DNA of 62,741 bases, filler included, from Chiloscyllium plagiosum (GCF_004010195.1; 3 parts of one record of this genome joined end to end with filler, not necessarily neighbours in it); one strand, 5' to 3'. Counted from the whole stretch's first letter, positions 13,330 through 26,360 are shown. Made by a program: numbers and translations. Notes: generated by a model from the letters alone, not told the origin.

Positions 13330-14600
13330 ATCTTGACTCCTTAACTACATAACCATCTACTCCTTAACTATCATCCCACTGATTCCAGCCCAATATTAAG
13401 TTGCACTCTTACTGGAACTGCTTACCACTTAGCAGAAATCCTGGAATTGATTGCTATCCCTGGCACTCATGTCATCTTTAAAGACCCATTGTGCACCTGG
13501 ATAAGAGCTGTCAACCCAGAGCTGCCATGCACATTTTATGTAATTCTGCTATTGCTGATGGCCCATAGTGTCTCATGTCTTAATATTAACAGCTGTTCAA
13601 GATCTTTCCATTGGCACAGTAGAGTTGCCACCCCACATTTTGGAAGGTATCCTCGATGTGAATAAGGGACATCATCTCCACAAGGACTATGTGGCAGTCA
13701 TTCCATCCAATATTGCTATGAACAAATGATGCTGCAGCATAGATGGTTGACAATGATATCAGATAAATTTTCCCACATTGGTTCTCTCAATACTTGCTGT
13801 AATCCCAGTCGAGCCACTACTGTTTTTAGGGCTCAGCCAATTCCATCAGTAGTAGTGTGGCTGAGCCACAATTGGTGTTGTACATTGAAAAGCCACCTAG
13901 AGTGTATTCTGTAACATTGCCAACCTCCCAGTGGTGCTTAATTGTGAGGAAGTACTGATCCATCAGCTTAGGGCAAGCATAGGTGATAATCAACAGATGG
14001 TTTTCTTGCTCATGTTTGAGTTGATAACATGAAACATCATTGAGTCAAGAGTCAATGTTTCCGACTACAAGAGGAACTCCTTCTTGATTATTTCCCAATA
14101 TAGCCCCATCCCTGGTGTGTTTATCTTGCAGCTGGGACAGGACATACTCAGGGATGATGATTATGGTTTCTGAGACATTATAAGATATGATTAGGTGAAC
14201 ATGACTACAGCAGGCTATTGTTTGACTAGTCTGTGGTGCTCAGTAGTCCAGTTGGTTTTATTTTCTTCTTTTGATTTTGTTGCAGTTTTGGTACAACTGA
14301 GTTACACCATTCTGAGAACAGTTAAGAGTCCTCCTTATTGTAATGGGTCTTGAGTCACATGTAGGTCAGATGACTTAAGGAAGACAGATTTCTTTCCCTC
14401 AATGACATTCGTAAACCAGATGGGTTAATAAGACAATCAAACATGCATGCATGGTCGCCATTAGGTTATTTTTAAATTCCAAAATGATTTTGTTGAATTC
14501 AAACTTAACCATGTGTTAGGATAAGATTCAAACCCATTTGCCCAAAAAAATTAGCCCGTGGCTCTGGATTACTTATTAAGTGATATTACCAACACACTAC
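13330..14600 (-). mobile_element. 5' part of the older LINE family: tRNA-like head followed directly by AP-endonuclease remnant
   Basis: Minus strand: TGTTGGTAATATCA...GGGTTTGAATC head at about 14525-14600; from about 14230 RLVKQ..., IPEYVLSQLQDKHTRDG, FNVQHQLWL (decayed APE). Confidence 0.7.
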
Positions 14601-17269
14601 GGTGTCTCCTGAGAGAGTCCTAGTTTATCAGGATTAGGTAGGAATGTGGATTTGAGGCTACAGTCAGATGAGTCATGTTTTTATTAAATGGTGGAAGTGA
14701 TCTCTTCCAGATCCCAATTGTATGTTCATATTATTGGTTTTGATGACCAGCAAAAATCCTGAAGATGTTTACTCATGTTTTGTTGGAAATTAAAACTGAA
14801 GCAGGTAATCTTCTCATTGCAGTTAATGAGGTGCTGAAAAATTCTGAAAGGCTTTGTTTGCAGTAGTGTCAGCGAGGTGAAGTCAGTTCAGCAGCCCATT
14901 TAATATTTGTCCTACTTTTATTTCCACTGACTTAAACAAACTCAAGATCGACCTCAGGCTAATGACAATATTATCCATTTCCTAACAACATTCTGCTCAT
15001 ACTCTATATGACTAGCTTTTCATTACATTTTTGAAATGTTTTGTAGACAATTTAAAAATATTTGCAAATGATCATTAGGTTGCCAATCATTTATGTTCAC
15101 TCCAGGTACTTAAACTAATTGAATACATTGATGTGATTTTACCTATGCTTTATCCTGTAAAATCCTCTAAAATAGTTGCTAGCCAGTCAATAGCTTGTTT
15201 TATATTTCTCCCAAGTTTATTTGAATTGATTTTGATGGAAATAAAAAGCAGCAGAGATGAAAAACAAGTTGTCAATTTGCTGTGATGCATAATATGCCAA
15301 CACATAAAATCAAGATTCTGTCACATCTCTTCAAACAAATTCACAAGAGATCTAGAACAAATACTAACTTAAGATTTGTCCTTACATCATTCTTAATGAT
15401 TTCAGGGAATTGCAACTAATTATAAATATAAATTGACTGAAATTCTTTGGTCAGATGGTATTTTATCCACAGCCTATATTTTATGAGGTAAAATATACTG
15501 GGACAAATTTTTAAAGATCTTAATTTACCTTTCAGACACATGCTCGAACTTTTGAATATAATAAAAACTAAGGGAAAACGTTTTCTTCCTTGCTGAGTCC
15601 TAAAACCTTTTCCAAAGGACAAACAAGTAAGTGTTGAAATAATACATTAAGGATAAGAAGGAAATTTATTCATAGAATAATAGGTTTATAGAATCCCTAC
15701 AGTAGTAAGTGGTTTGTAAAAAGCTAGCAAAATGTACAATCCGAAGGTTGGATGAGACATCAAGGTTTTGTGATCAATCAGAGAACAGACAATATAGTTA
15801 TAAAGTTCAACAAATGACTATATTGAGGCAATAGGAATCAAAGAAAAATCTATCAAAGAAATATTTATCAAAGAGGAGGAGGCAGACATGGGAATTGAAG
15901 GTGAACTTCTCCAAGATCCAACAATGGAAGAATAAGTGAATGTGTGTCTCACTTGTTCCCATGTGGGAGCAGTTTCATTACCAACTCATTTTGTTGTGTT
16001 TGTTTATCAGAAATGTGGTACCATGGGAAATATTTTACTGATCAAATAATTACCTTGATTGTTGGAATTTTACTATACATTATTAATAACTTTATAAACT
16101 CGGCAATAATTCAGCTAAAGGCGACATATTTGTACCTTAAATAATCAGCCTTCAGATTAAAATTTCACAGATAAATGAAGTGAATTCTTTCTTAATTATT
16201 TTCTAAGTAATTATTCTGTACATTTTTTTATGATTTCTCCCTTTCTCTTGGTTAGCTTTATACATTGTTTGTACATATCCAAACGTTTTATGGGTATTGG
16301 CATTGATTTTCTAATCTTTAAACTCAATGTCCAACTAACATATGAAAGACAAAATCACTCCTATTGTAGTGAGAAGTCTGAATTTTTTCTGCCAGTATGT
16401 CTTTACTCCTTCAGAAAGGTCTTTGTTTAATTTTATTTGTTATCAACATTAAATAATGTCTACATTATGGATCATGTTCATTTCAGAGTCATTATTAAAA
16501 TAAAAATTCAATTATGTGGAAAGATTTTTCAGTCCACGCAACCCCCACTTCATTAATTTCTTTTTAATTATTTCAAACCTATTCCTTTTAATTCTTCCTT
16601 CACTCTCAGCTCTCATTAAACTTTCAGTTCAATTATTTGTTTCTGGCCAGCTTCTGTTATGTAGTCAGATTTAGTTTTCGATTACTGTGCACTACCATAA
16701 TGTGTCTTTTGCTGCATTTCATCACTGCTTTGTTTGTCTTTCTGCAGTGAGAGAAGTAATCTCCCCTACCACTGAGATACCATCTTGCTTACTTCCAGTA
16801 CTTTTCCTTTTTGAGTTTCAAGCTGTATCGGATAACTTTCAGAAAACAGCTTAAGAAAATGATTTTGATAATGATCTCCCAAAAACTTGCTACACAAGGA
16901 ATCCAAGATGAGTGAATGTTGTCTGATTTGAGACTTCAAAGTATTGGGTGACAGCTATTATTTCGGTTTTTGAATTTGAATCATGTTCTGCTCTGACAGA
17001 CATTTTATCAGAGTTCCAATGCAATTCTATTTAAAAATTATCGAAGAATTATGCAAGGCGCTGGACTCCCAGACCTCTGTACTAAAATGTTAGTGGGGGA
17101 ATCCTGTGAAGAGGAACACCAATTACCTTGATATGATTTAACAGCCTTTTTATATATAAGTTATGATAAACCTTCATAAAAATTAATTTGGTCTCAACTG
17201 AAGAAGAGGTCAATTCTGTGCCCCTGATGTATGAAGGATGTGAAAGCTTCAGCGATAGAAAAAGATTGA

Positions 17270-17720
17270 CAAATATTGGTCCAGGATTTGGGGACATCGG
17301 ACATGTGGATAGATCAGATTGTTGCCCTGAATAGAGAAGAAAGGAGTGTTCATAATCATGAAGATATAGAATTGCATCGGAATGAGTAGTAAGTGAAATT
17401 TGTTCCCAGTGGCGAGTGGGTTGGGAATCAAAGGATAGTGATTTAAGGTAATTAATTAAAGAACTAACAGTGACAAACATTCATATGCTGGAAGTGGTTA
17501 TGATCTGAAATGCACTGCCTGTGCATGTAGTAAAGGGAGATTAAATCATTGCTTTCAAAAGAGAAGTATCTGGTTAAGTATCTGATGAAAACGATTAATA
17601 CACAGCAATGGTGGAAAGGGCAAGGGGGTGGGACTAGCTGAGTTGCTTCAGCAGAGAGCTAACACAGACATGCCAGGCTAAATGTGCTCTTTCTATGCTG
17701 TAACTATTCTATGATGCCAT
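17270..17720 (+). mobile_element. Old CR1 3' fragment
   Basis: Decayed RFT..PG, LFS.E.RR and W.ALP motifs; CTATGATGC tail. Confidence 0.75.
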
Positions 17721-17829
17721 GCAACATCACGTTCAATACTTCAGTACCAACGTTTGCACTATAATGGCCCTGTGGAATATCTCATGTTAACTTACTACCT
17801 TGTAATACGAGTTGCTGTTGTTGCTGTTA

Positions 17830-18086
17830 CAGGTTAGGGCTCTTCACGTGAAACCCTTGGGACCAATTAGTTTTCAGATAAGGGATATTTACGGTTCTTA
17901 GACCTACTTGCTGTCCAGGTCTGTTTAGTTCCGTTGGGCCCCCATGAACCTAAAAGTGATGTTTTCTTTTCCCAAAGTGCCTGATATCAACATGTCTACA
18001 GTTTTGTTTGTGTCCACTTTCAAAAGACCATCAGGTTTTAGCTCTTTTCAGTTTTCAGATGTGTGGATAAAAAAATACCTGACCTG
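17830..18086. mobile_element. Tc1/mariner (Tigger-like) MITE
   Basis: TA|CAGGTTAGG ... CCTGACCTG|TA: inverted termini with TA TSD and subterminal TTTCAGAT repeats as in Tigger4/MER46-type MITEs. Confidence 0.7.
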
Positions 18087-18338
18087 TATTTGTTAATGTT
18101 GATATTTTTGGGGAAACCTAACTCTCATTGGCATTTGCGATTTGCCACTGGAATGCTCCAGATCCCAATGCTGTGGTAGGGGTCGCAGCGCCACCTTCAA
18201 ACTTTTCTCGGAAGCAGGTACAAGATTTTCTTGATGCATAGTCATTGCGTTCCAAAGCTAACTTGTGGATGAAGCACTTTTAGACCTTTTTACATGATAA
18301 AACACAACTTAAAATTATATAGTACAATTGCAATCCAG

Positions 18339-19660
18339 TAGAGTCATAGAGATGTACAGCATGGAAACAGACCCTTCGGTCCAACCTGTCCATGCCGACC
18401 AGATATCCCAACCCAATCTAGTCCCACCTGCCAGCACCCGGCCCATATCCCTCCAAACCCTTCCTATTCATATACCCATCCAAATGCCTCTTAAATGTTG
18501 TAATTGTACCAGCTTTCACAACATCCTCTGACAGCTCATTCCATACACGTACCACCCTCTGCATGAAAAAGTTGCCTCTTAGGCCTCTTTTATATCTTTC
18601 CCCTCTCACCCTGAATTCATGCCCTCTAGTTCTGGACTCCCCGACCCCAGGGAAAAAACTTTATCTATTTATCCTATCCATGCCTCTCATAATTTTGTAA
18701 ACCTCTATAAGGTCACCCCTCAGCCTCCGACGCTCCAGGGAAAACAGTCCCAGCCTGTTCAACCGCTCCCTGTAGCTCAGATCCTCCAGCCCTGGCAACA
18801 TCCTTGTAAATCTTTTCTGAACCCTTTCAAGTTTCACAACATCTTTCCGATAGGAAGGAGACCAGAATTGCACACAATATTCTGACTGTGGCCTAACCAA
18901 TGTCCTATACAGTCGCAACATGACCTCCCAACTCTTGTACTCAATACTCTGACCAATAAAGGAAAGCATACCAAACGCCTTCTTCATTATCCTATCTACC
19001 TGCAACTCCACTTTCAAGGAGCTATGAACCTGCACTCCAAGGTCTCTTTGTTCAGCACCATTCCCTAGGACCTTACCATTAAGTGTATAAGTCCTGCTAA
19101 GATTTGCTTTCCCAAAATGCAGCACCTCACATTTATCTGAATTAAACTCCATCTGCCATTTCTCAGCCCATTGGCCCATCTGGTCCAGATCCTGTTGTAA
19201 TCTGAGGTGACCCTCTTCGCTGTCCACTACACCTCCAATTTTGGTGTCATCTGCAAACTTACTAACTGTTCCTCTTATGCTCGCATCCAAGTCATTTATG
19301 TGAATGACAAAAGGTAGAGGAGCCAGTACCGATCCTTGTGGTACTCCATTGGTCATAGACCTCCAATCTGAAAAACAAACCTGCACCATCACCCTCTGTC
19401 TTCTACCTTTGAGCCAGTTTGTGTCCAAATGGCTAGTTCTCCCTGTATTCCATGAGATCTAACCTTGCTAATCAGTCTCCCATGGGGAACCTTGTCGAAC
19501 GCCTTACTGAAGTCCATATAGATCACATCTACTGCTCTGCCCTCATCAATCCTCTTTGTCGCTTCTTCAAAAAACTCAATCAAGTTTGTGAGACATAATT
19601 TCCCACGCAGAAAGCCATGTTGACTATCCCGAATCAATCCTTGCCTTTCCATGTATGTCC
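18339..19660 (-). mobile_element. Young CR1 LINE 3' 1.3 kb, best-preserved copy
   Basis: 255-aa open frame 18661..19428 (GVPQGSVL, FADDTK, YCVQFWSP) plus [13 protein letters not shown] and MDFSKAFDKVPH; nearly collinear with 1-1049 and 61423-62741. Confidence 0.97.
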
Positions 19661-20343
19661 TTGTATGAGGGAAAATCCATGATCTAATTCTCCATATGGA
19701 ACCATGTTTAGTGGGAGTGCAGAGCAGAGGTGGGACCACAACATTAGCCTTTCTTGGAATTTCTAATCTCATTTTGCAATTAAACATTTCTGAATAGACA
19801 AAATACTTAACATGTATCTAAAGAAAGGCACTGCCTTCTTGTTCTGATGGCACTTTTTTTTCCTTCTGTGAGTTCTTACTATCACATAATTTGTGTATTT
19901 TCCTTATTCCACTGAGGTCAACTTATTGCACAATTTTGCTTATTATACCTACATTTAAAAATAATGTAATAAACTTAAACCCTTTTGATTTCCTTAAAGC
20001 CTGTTGAACACAGTAAGGTATTATTCAATAAAGATAGTTCATAGACACCTGGCTGCATCATTGTACTTTCTGTAATAAGCTGAATTATAGTAACATATCC
20101 TTTTTTTCCCATGCTGTAAAACTACCTAGCAGACATTTATTAGAATCTCCACCCCATCATACATCATTGACAAATCATGTTATTCAGTAATTCTTCTATG
20201 ACATGATCTTTAATGCACCCCAAGTCCAAATTCATTTAAAGGATAATTCAACAAAAGTTGGTGGTTCAATATTCTTTCAGACCAACAGTTCAACCTTACT
20301 TGCCCTAATAGTCCTTGATTCAATTATCCATAACTTTATATTA

Positions 20344-20560
20344 GGTAGTTGGTTAGCTTGCTGAGCTGCTGGGTTATTGTGCAGATGTTTCGTAACGATA
20401 CTGAGTAACATCAACTATGCAAGTTCCATGAAGTACTGTCACACTGCTGACATTACCCAGCATGGTAATGAAACATCTGCATGATTATCCATCAGCTTGG
20501 CAAGCTAACCAACTATCTCACCCACAGCCTGAGCTACAGATCTTTGTGAAAACCTTAAAA
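20344..20560. mobile_element. Palindromic Penelope pLTR remnant (family of the 43352 element)
   Basis: GTAGTTGGTTAGCTTGCTGAGCTG mirrored by CAGCTTGGCAAGCTAACCAACTA; decayed hammerhead CTGCTGA-CATTACC..GGTAAT-GAAACATC. Confidence 0.75.
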
Positions 20561-20799
20561 ATTAATCTATATTATTGTCTGCTGCACTTTATTCTAGTTT
20601 ATAGTCAAGAAAGTGCTCATTCTGTTTGTCTTTTTGCTACTCCACAGGCAATTTTCCTTTGTCCATGTTTTGAGACAATAAAAGTTCTGTTTGGTAGATT
20701 CCATGTTTGAAGCAGCTCAGATGAGGAACTGTATAGAATGAGGCTTGAGTTATATCTGTCTGTGTTTTATGTGAGCAGTGATTAATATTTTCAAATTAA

Positions 20800-21465
20800 A
20801 CAGAAAGACCTAGATTTACACTATAGTTTTCAACACTCCAGGCATCTTAAAGTGCTTTACAAACAATGAAGTACTTTTGAAGTGTATTTACTGTTGTAAT
20901 GTGAAAAATATGATAGCTATGTTGCACAACAAATTCTCATAAACAGCCGAATAATACTAGCCAGATCATTTGTTTTTTGTGGTATTGATTGAATAATAAA
21001 TACTAATTAGAGTAATGGGGAAAACTCCTTGGATCTACTTTGAAAAAGTGCTGTGAGATCTTTTGCATCCACCAAAGCAAATAGTTGTGGCTTTGAATTA
21101 ACATCTCAAACAAACATCAACATCTCTGGAAGTGCAGTACTCCCTTGATATTGCACCAGAAAGTCATAAAATTATAGAGTCATACAGCACGAAACAGACC
21201 CTCCAGTCCAACTTATCCATGCCAACCAAATTTCCCAAACTAAACTATTTCCATTTGCCTGTATTTGGCCCATATCCCTCTAAACTTTTCCTATTAATGT
21301 ACCCATCCAAATGTTTTTTAAACATTGTAACTGTACCTGCACCTACAACTTCCTCTGGCAATTCATTCCACATTCCATTCTCTATGTGACGAAGTCAGCC
21401 TTGATTCTTTTGGTAAAGCTCTATAGTGAGAATTAGACATAAGAGCACTACTAACTGAGCTACTA
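20800..21465 (-). mobile_element. Ancient Deu-domain-type SINE (SacSINE1/AmnSINE-like), split by a CR1 tail
   Basis: AAGTACTTTTGAAGTGTA..ACTGTTGTAATGT tail and ..ACTAACTGAGCTAC tRNA-like head typical of this family; recognition from memory. Confidence 0.6.
21163..21385 (-). mobile_element. CR1 3' tail fragment
   Basis: Homologous to 18339-18560. Confidence 0.9.
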
Positions 21466-21544
21466 TTGACATGGTGACAACTACAAAACACAATATAAAA
21501 TGGTAACTCAAAATATAAACAAATCTAAACAGATAATAAAAAAA

Positions 21545-21685
21545 ACTTGCAGATTCTGAACAGTTGAAATGAAAACAGAAAGCATTAAAAAAATCAAAAG
21601 GTCTGGCAGAATGTGTGGATAGGGAATGACAGCTAATGTTTCAAGCTGAATTTTGAGCTGAGCTTCAGGGAAGAGTCATATTCTG
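21545..21685 (-). mobile_element. Old Penelope pLTR-like fragment
   Basis: TGCAGATTCTG..AAAACAGAAAGC..GGTCTGGCAG..AATGTTTCA parallels the young pLTR family layout. Confidence 0.5.
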
Positions 21686-21689
21686 CTGT

Positions 21690-23450
21690 GCTGTGTCTCA
21701 CAGTCTGTATGCCAGTATGCCTTTAAGAGACTTGCTGATGTTTTCATCATTGTGTCATAGTGTGTAACCTGAAGGTATAAAGATTTCATACTCCATTTTA
21801 CCTTGGATCACTTGAAGCATGGCACTATATTGGAAGCATTATCCTGTGTTGTAACCTAATAGTTTAATATTAGTCTAGACATGCATGTGCCTGCAGAGTA
21901 AAATATTTGCATATTGTAATTAGTTATATTAAATATTTGTCTGGTCCTTCATTGCCATGCCCAGTTTCCTATTCTATGGGGATAAATATAAGCATCTTCA
22001 CTTATCTGGTAAAATGCCAATTTGGAGGCAAATTCATTGCATAGTCAACTCAAAGATCTGCAGCCATTTCTGTTTTTTATTCTAAATGTATTGCTTTTTC
22101 TGACATTCAATTTTACTTGGAAATTCAAATAGATACAGACAACACAAGATTTGTATATCAGTAAAGCACACTGTTGGAGGCAAAATCACACCATTATAGT
22201 AATGGTGGTGAAGGACGTGAAGGAATTTAGGTCGTGAAGGATCTAAAAACAAAACTTGGTGGTAAATGTTTGGAAAACTAATTGAAGACCAATCAAACAA
22301 CAACTCTGGCAACAGAAAAAATGGACAATGGGAGAGTGCCTATGAGTACTGTTGGTGATATAGATGATATAGGGCATTTACCATCAGGAAAACAGAACTA
22401 ATTTATTTTTGATTAGAACTCTTTCAACACAAGATAAATTCAATACAAGATAAAGTTCTGAGATTGCCTTAAAAGTAACTAAACAAATAGCCAGAAGTGT
22501 ACTCATGAGCTGTGACATCAGGCCAGTACATTTCAGTACAGATTTGGAAGGTTAGAATGATGCGTTCTTGACACTTGATAAGTAAGTAACAATCTACACA
22601 GATTTGTAGATAAGGCATAAATTACCATGAAATCAGAGCTAACTTCCCTTTGATTAAAATCTAAATTTGTTCAAGAGAAGATTTCTAAGATTGTCCTATT
22701 TAAACAGACAAATAAAAAGGCTGAAGTCCACTTTTGAGCTGTCAAACAATGCCTGTGCAGTGTAATATAAAGGCTGGAGTCTCAAATGCTTTGTTCTTAC
22801 TGATTGATGCATAAACCTAGTTTGTCATAACCACTGCTGAAAGAACAGTTTTAATTTACATTGGCACAAAGTCAGGAACACACATTCAAGTGCTACTACA
22901 TAATATTTTTAAGGTATAATCATGGATACTAGAAACCTCATTATGGCTTGGGGATCCAATGACTCCCTTGCTGACACATGTTTGTTCAAACAATGTCTGT
23001 AGTTTAATTTAAGGCAAAGCGATGGATGATGCCAAGAAAAGAGATCTCTGAAAATATTAATGGCAAGGAGGGACTTGGCAGAATTAACACTTCTGATCTT
23101 TCCAAGGACGACAGAAAGATCGAGAAAAGATTCTCAGAGACCAGTTCAAAGTAACAACGAACATCAGGATTGGCAGACTCCGAATCATGTCATTCTAAAA
23201 ACATCACCAAGAGTCTGTTGATCATTTGTTGGAAGATGCCACAACAAAGATGACACATATAAATGTCTTATCTCAGGAGGTACTGTCAGAGATGCTCATT
23301 GTGTTAATCATTGTGCACCTAATAAATTCTTTGGGAATGATCTTTTGGGCAAGGAAAAGGGCCATATAATTGATTTATTTCTTGAAGATGGATGCAAATT
23401 TGAAGCCATTGTGGCAGTCCAGCAATAATTATGTACTTTCCATGCAGCCA
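21690..23450 (+). mobile_element. Possible very decayed Gypsy LTR/gag remnant
   Basis: LTR-like start with TATAAA; weak LVC and KGH gag-like patches; no open frame. Confidence 0.3.
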
Positions 23451-24515
23451 ACACAATTTGTACAGTCAGCAAAGCACATCCAAACATCAAAATTTGTTTC
23501 TTATGCTACCAGAGATAGCATATATAATCCTGCATCAAAGAAAATAATGTGTTGGAGGCAAATTCACACCATGTTCAATTTAAAGACCCCGCAGCCATTT
23601 CTGTTTTAAAATCTAAACGTATCACCATTTGTAGCATTTGATGTAACTTAGAAATTCAAATAAATACAGGATTTTCATGGTCTAGTGTGATTTATTCTAC
23701 ATGAGGGTATAAAGTTAATTAAAGCAGGAGATGAAATCTGAATATTTTAATTAATGATCCAATGTGATGCTGACTATATCACTCACTCTAGATAACAAGC
23801 CATGAGGCAGATAATTTTGTTTAAAAACACATCAATAAACATCATGTCTGGACTTTCACTTGATGACAATGATGAATACAAATGATTTTGTTCTGTATAT
23901 ATTGAGTATAGTTTATGAAGTATTTTTTATAAATTATTCTTTAACATGCAGTTTCGCAATATAATTCACAATTATGATTAAAGTATCAAACCCATTGAAC
24001 ATGAATTTCATCTGCTGTTCAGGTACAGTTCATTGTACTGAGAAAATAACACAGCTAGGACAAACCTGAACCTATACAAAGGACAAATTTGAACCGATAT
24101 AAAATGAAATCTATGAATCATAAAAACAAATAATATGAAATAAATTCATTTTTGGCCTAACCCTAGATAACAGAATGCTTTGTAACACATGATAAAATGT
24201 TTCAGTTCAGTAATGAGAGCTCAATGAATTAGGAGACATCTTTTAAACGAGAAGTATGAAAGTTAGCTCGCTGAGCTGGATGGTTTGATTTCAGACATTT
24301 CATCTTCTGTCAAACATGGACTTGTCAAAGAGAAACATGTAGGGCTCTGGGTGACATGGCTATGTGAGATTTGTGGCAGAATTAGAGAAAGATTTGACAC
24401 CAGTAGATTCTTAATCTATCTCTGATGATTTTCTCAAGCAGCACAACTAGTTTCTTGCTAGGCAGCAATGAGTTGCAAATTAAGAGGTATTATTGCTTGT
24501 CAAACATATTGTTGA

Positions 24516-24652
24516 GGAGAAAGTGAGGACTGCAGATGCTGGAGATCAGAACTGAAAATGCGTTGCTAGAAAAGCGCAGCAGGTCAGGCAGCATCCAAGG
24601 AACAGGAGAATCGACGTTTTGGGCATAAGCCCTTCTTCAGGAATGAGGAAAG
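24516..24652 (-). mobile_element. Penelope pLTR copy running into assembly gap
   Basis: Same family as 3896; hammerhead core CTGAAGA-agggcttatgccc-AAAACGTC (G12 changed to A). Confidence 0.85.
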
Positions 24653-24752
24653 NNNNNNNNNNNNNNNNNNNNNNNNNNNNNNNNNNNNNNNNNNNNTTAA
24701 TTAATTAANNNNNNNNNNNNNNNNNNNNNNNNNNNNNNNNNNNNNNNNNNNN
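24653..24752. other. Artificial assembly gap linker
   Basis: 44 N + TTAATTAATTAA (six-frame stop) + 44 N = 100 bp; identical at 56623-56722. Confidence 0.98.
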
Positions 24753-25433
24753 GATTTGCATCCAACAGCATTTATGGCAGATATAATCCGCAGTAACTCT
24801 TAAACTCTCTTTAAACTCCCACATCTGACAAGAAGTACATATCACTGCAAAGGCCATTTTTGCTCTTTCACAATCCACAGACCAGAAAATAACACCGTCT
24901 TATTCATCTACAAACACTGCCCCGGGTTAAATTAATAGCTATGGCTTATATTTTAAGTTTAATCAAGAGACTTATCTCCAAAAACATATAATCAAGAAAG
25001 AATCCACAATACTCACTACTGCAGCCTTTCTCTTGGACAGACTTAAAACAACAATTAACTTATCTGATTCTGTGCTGTGAACTTCGCCCAACAGTTCCTC
25101 CAAGATTAATTGTGAATTTCACTGTTTGTTAATTTTCCCAGATGCACTCCGATGTCCAGCGATACACGAATTCAAATAGCAAAGGCGATAATTGTGCAGG
25201 TTCTCTCTGTCTCTCTCTCTCCTGCACTGTCCTCACCATGTGCTTCCTTTGTCTGCTCTTCTCCCTTTTAAAACTGCTGTTGTTTTGACTTTTTTTTCCC
25301 AAAGTTCCAAAACAGTAATTGCTGCTCCTGGAATTCGAGGAAATCACCTTCAACACCTAAAATATCTCAAAAAATCGAGCAGCTCTTACAGCCAGAAATT
25401 TTTCCCATCGTCCATCTTGGATTACCCAGAATC
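24753..25433 (-). mobile_element. 5' UTR and ORF1 start of a young CR1 LINE
   Basis: ATG at 24857 (-) gives MAFAVICTSCQMWEFKESLRVTADYICHKCCWMQI, the CxxC..CxxC zinc finger of CR1 ORF1, open up to the gap. Confidence 0.85.
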
Positions 25434-26144
25434 TGCTGTCTCTGGGTTGAAGATGACATCTACTCCAGATTGCGAGTTTATGCCCTAGGTCTTCATGTGA
25501 CTGAATGTATCAATTCTCTACCCACAGATCTGCGCATGTTGTATGTTCTCTTCCAGCATTCAGTGTGAGTTAACCTTGAAGTAGTGTCTTTCACTAAACC
25601 TTATCTGGCAGCTTGTCGCTCATCCTCAGGGAATCTCTCTGGCCTATTTACATCACTCTGATGGCTTTGGCTGAATTCCTCAATTGGAACAACAGGCTAG
25701 CCTACGCATTAGAAATCTGACAGTGAGAAAGAAAATTGAAATGCATTTCTCTCAAAATTCAGTGGGAGCTACTTGTCAGATTGTGCATCAGAAAAATGTT
25801 TACAGAACTATTGAGCTGGAATCGAATGGTGTAGTGCTTCTTTAAGGTGTCTCTTGCAGATATAACAGCCTGAAATTTCAGGCTGAGGCAGGTGCAGGTA
25901 TTCCAGCAAGATAGCAGTTTGGTGCTCAGTCTGGTGTCAATTTCCTGGTGTATTTCCACCTCCCAACAATTATAGTAGCAGTGTCTTCTCAGAGGTCAGG
26001 GCAACCTGCCTAAAAGTGATAGATACCGAAGTCAGACATTGACAAGCCAATTGAACATTGTTGCAAGGCTAATTTAGAATTTTGAGGTGATGCCAAGGAA
26101 TATTCTAAGACAGCTGCACCAAGATTAGGCAATTGTACAGTGGG

Positions 26145-26360
26145 AGAAAGTGAGGACTGCAGACGCTGCAAATCAGAGTCGAAGGGTGTGGTGCTGGAAT
26201 AGCATAGCTGGTCAGGCAGTATTCGAGGAGCAGGAAAGTCAATGTTTCGAGCATAAGCTCTTCCTCAGGAATGATGAAGAACTCATGCTCGAAACGTCAA
26301 CTCTCCTGCTCCTCGGATGCTGCCTGACCTGCTGTGCTTTACCAGCACCACACTCTTGGA
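26145..26360. mobile_element. Palindromic Penelope pLTR mini-element with two opposed hammerhead cores
   Basis: Forward and inverted halves meet at TTCCTCAGGAATGATGAAG; 15-bp TSD CAA(T/C)TGTACAGTGGG at 26130-26144 and 26361-26375. Confidence 0.9.

Noticed and set aside
15536..15626. Exon-like segment TTTCAG ... CAA/GTAAGT
   Set aside because: Stops in all three frames; could only be non-coding and nothing else supports it.
16749..16853. Strong acceptor TTTGTCTTTCTGCAG with a short open frame
   Set aside because: No convincing donor and no recognisable peptide.
18661..19428. 255-aa ORF as a functional gene
   Set aside because: 5'-truncated CR1 ORF2 with frameshifts on both sides.
25866..25885. 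Perfect 20-bp palindrome CAGCCTGAAATTTCAGGCTG
   Set aside because: Real but isolated, with no context to assign function.
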